Assembly: GCA_038087875.1 (NCBI GenBank) | Contig: CM075990.1 | Coordinates: 7,566,001 to 7,630,000, forward strand | DNA from: Malacoraja senta | Taxonomy: Eukaryota | Direction of reading: 5' to 3' | Length of the DNA stretch: 64,000 nucleotides | Shown here: piece after piece, positions 63,667 through 64,000 of the stretch | Numbering within the stretch: position 1 is the first letter of the stretch | How the letters are laid out: each line of letters opens with the position of its first letter | Position numbers and translations under genes: made by a program | Notes under the pieces: generated by a model | What the model was told of the DNA's origin: nothing | What the model saw: only the letters and a program-made list of their open reading frames with translations | Database searches by the model: none

Positions 63667-64000
63667 TAAACTTTCTCGAACATTTCCAAGTTGTATGTCG
63701 AAGCAAACTTGCTGAACATTTTTCCCCAGCCAGACTTCAATTTTCTGAGCCATTCTTTGTCCATCAACTGTGACCAAATAATATAATCACCCATAACCAT
63801 CAGTAATTCTATCCACTGATAATTGTGGTGCATTAAAAATTCCACTTAGCCTAAAGCGTTCATTAATTCACTTGAATATGTTTTCAAACTCACTGCACTG
63901 TACTTGGCTGAAACATTAAAAAATGCATCATTTGGCCACAGCTTAACAAATCCTTGATGGTCATTATCAGGTCAAAGCCTTGATCATTTGCACATGCTTT

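Overview
Repeat-dense vertebrate genomic DNA, most likely a cartilaginous fish (skate/ray-like). This is inferred from abundant HE1-type tRNA/V-SINEs with (CTAAA)n tails and their CR1/HER1-type partner LINE fragments. Most of the window is nested transposon debris: CR1, Rex1/Babar-like, RTE, Tx1 and L1 LINE pieces, PIF/Harbinger-type MITEs, and micro/minisatellites. The only long ORF is an uninterrupted, 5'-truncated L1 ORF2 (53685-55673, minus) with a polyA tail and a perfect 14-bp TSD. The most interesting signals are: (1) about 20 short Penelope-derived units carrying a minimal hammerhead-ribozyme core (CUGAnGA-a-stem II-GAAACGUC), several inserted as TSD-flanked and often palindromic mini-elements; (2) a phase-compatible chain of three candidate minus-strand exons of an unidentified host gene (47120-47075, 37475-37271, 36045-35979); (3) an old foldback element saturated with E-boxes (38841-40160). 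Family names come from recognised motifs, not database searches. Boundaries of degraded repeats are approximate (tens of bases).
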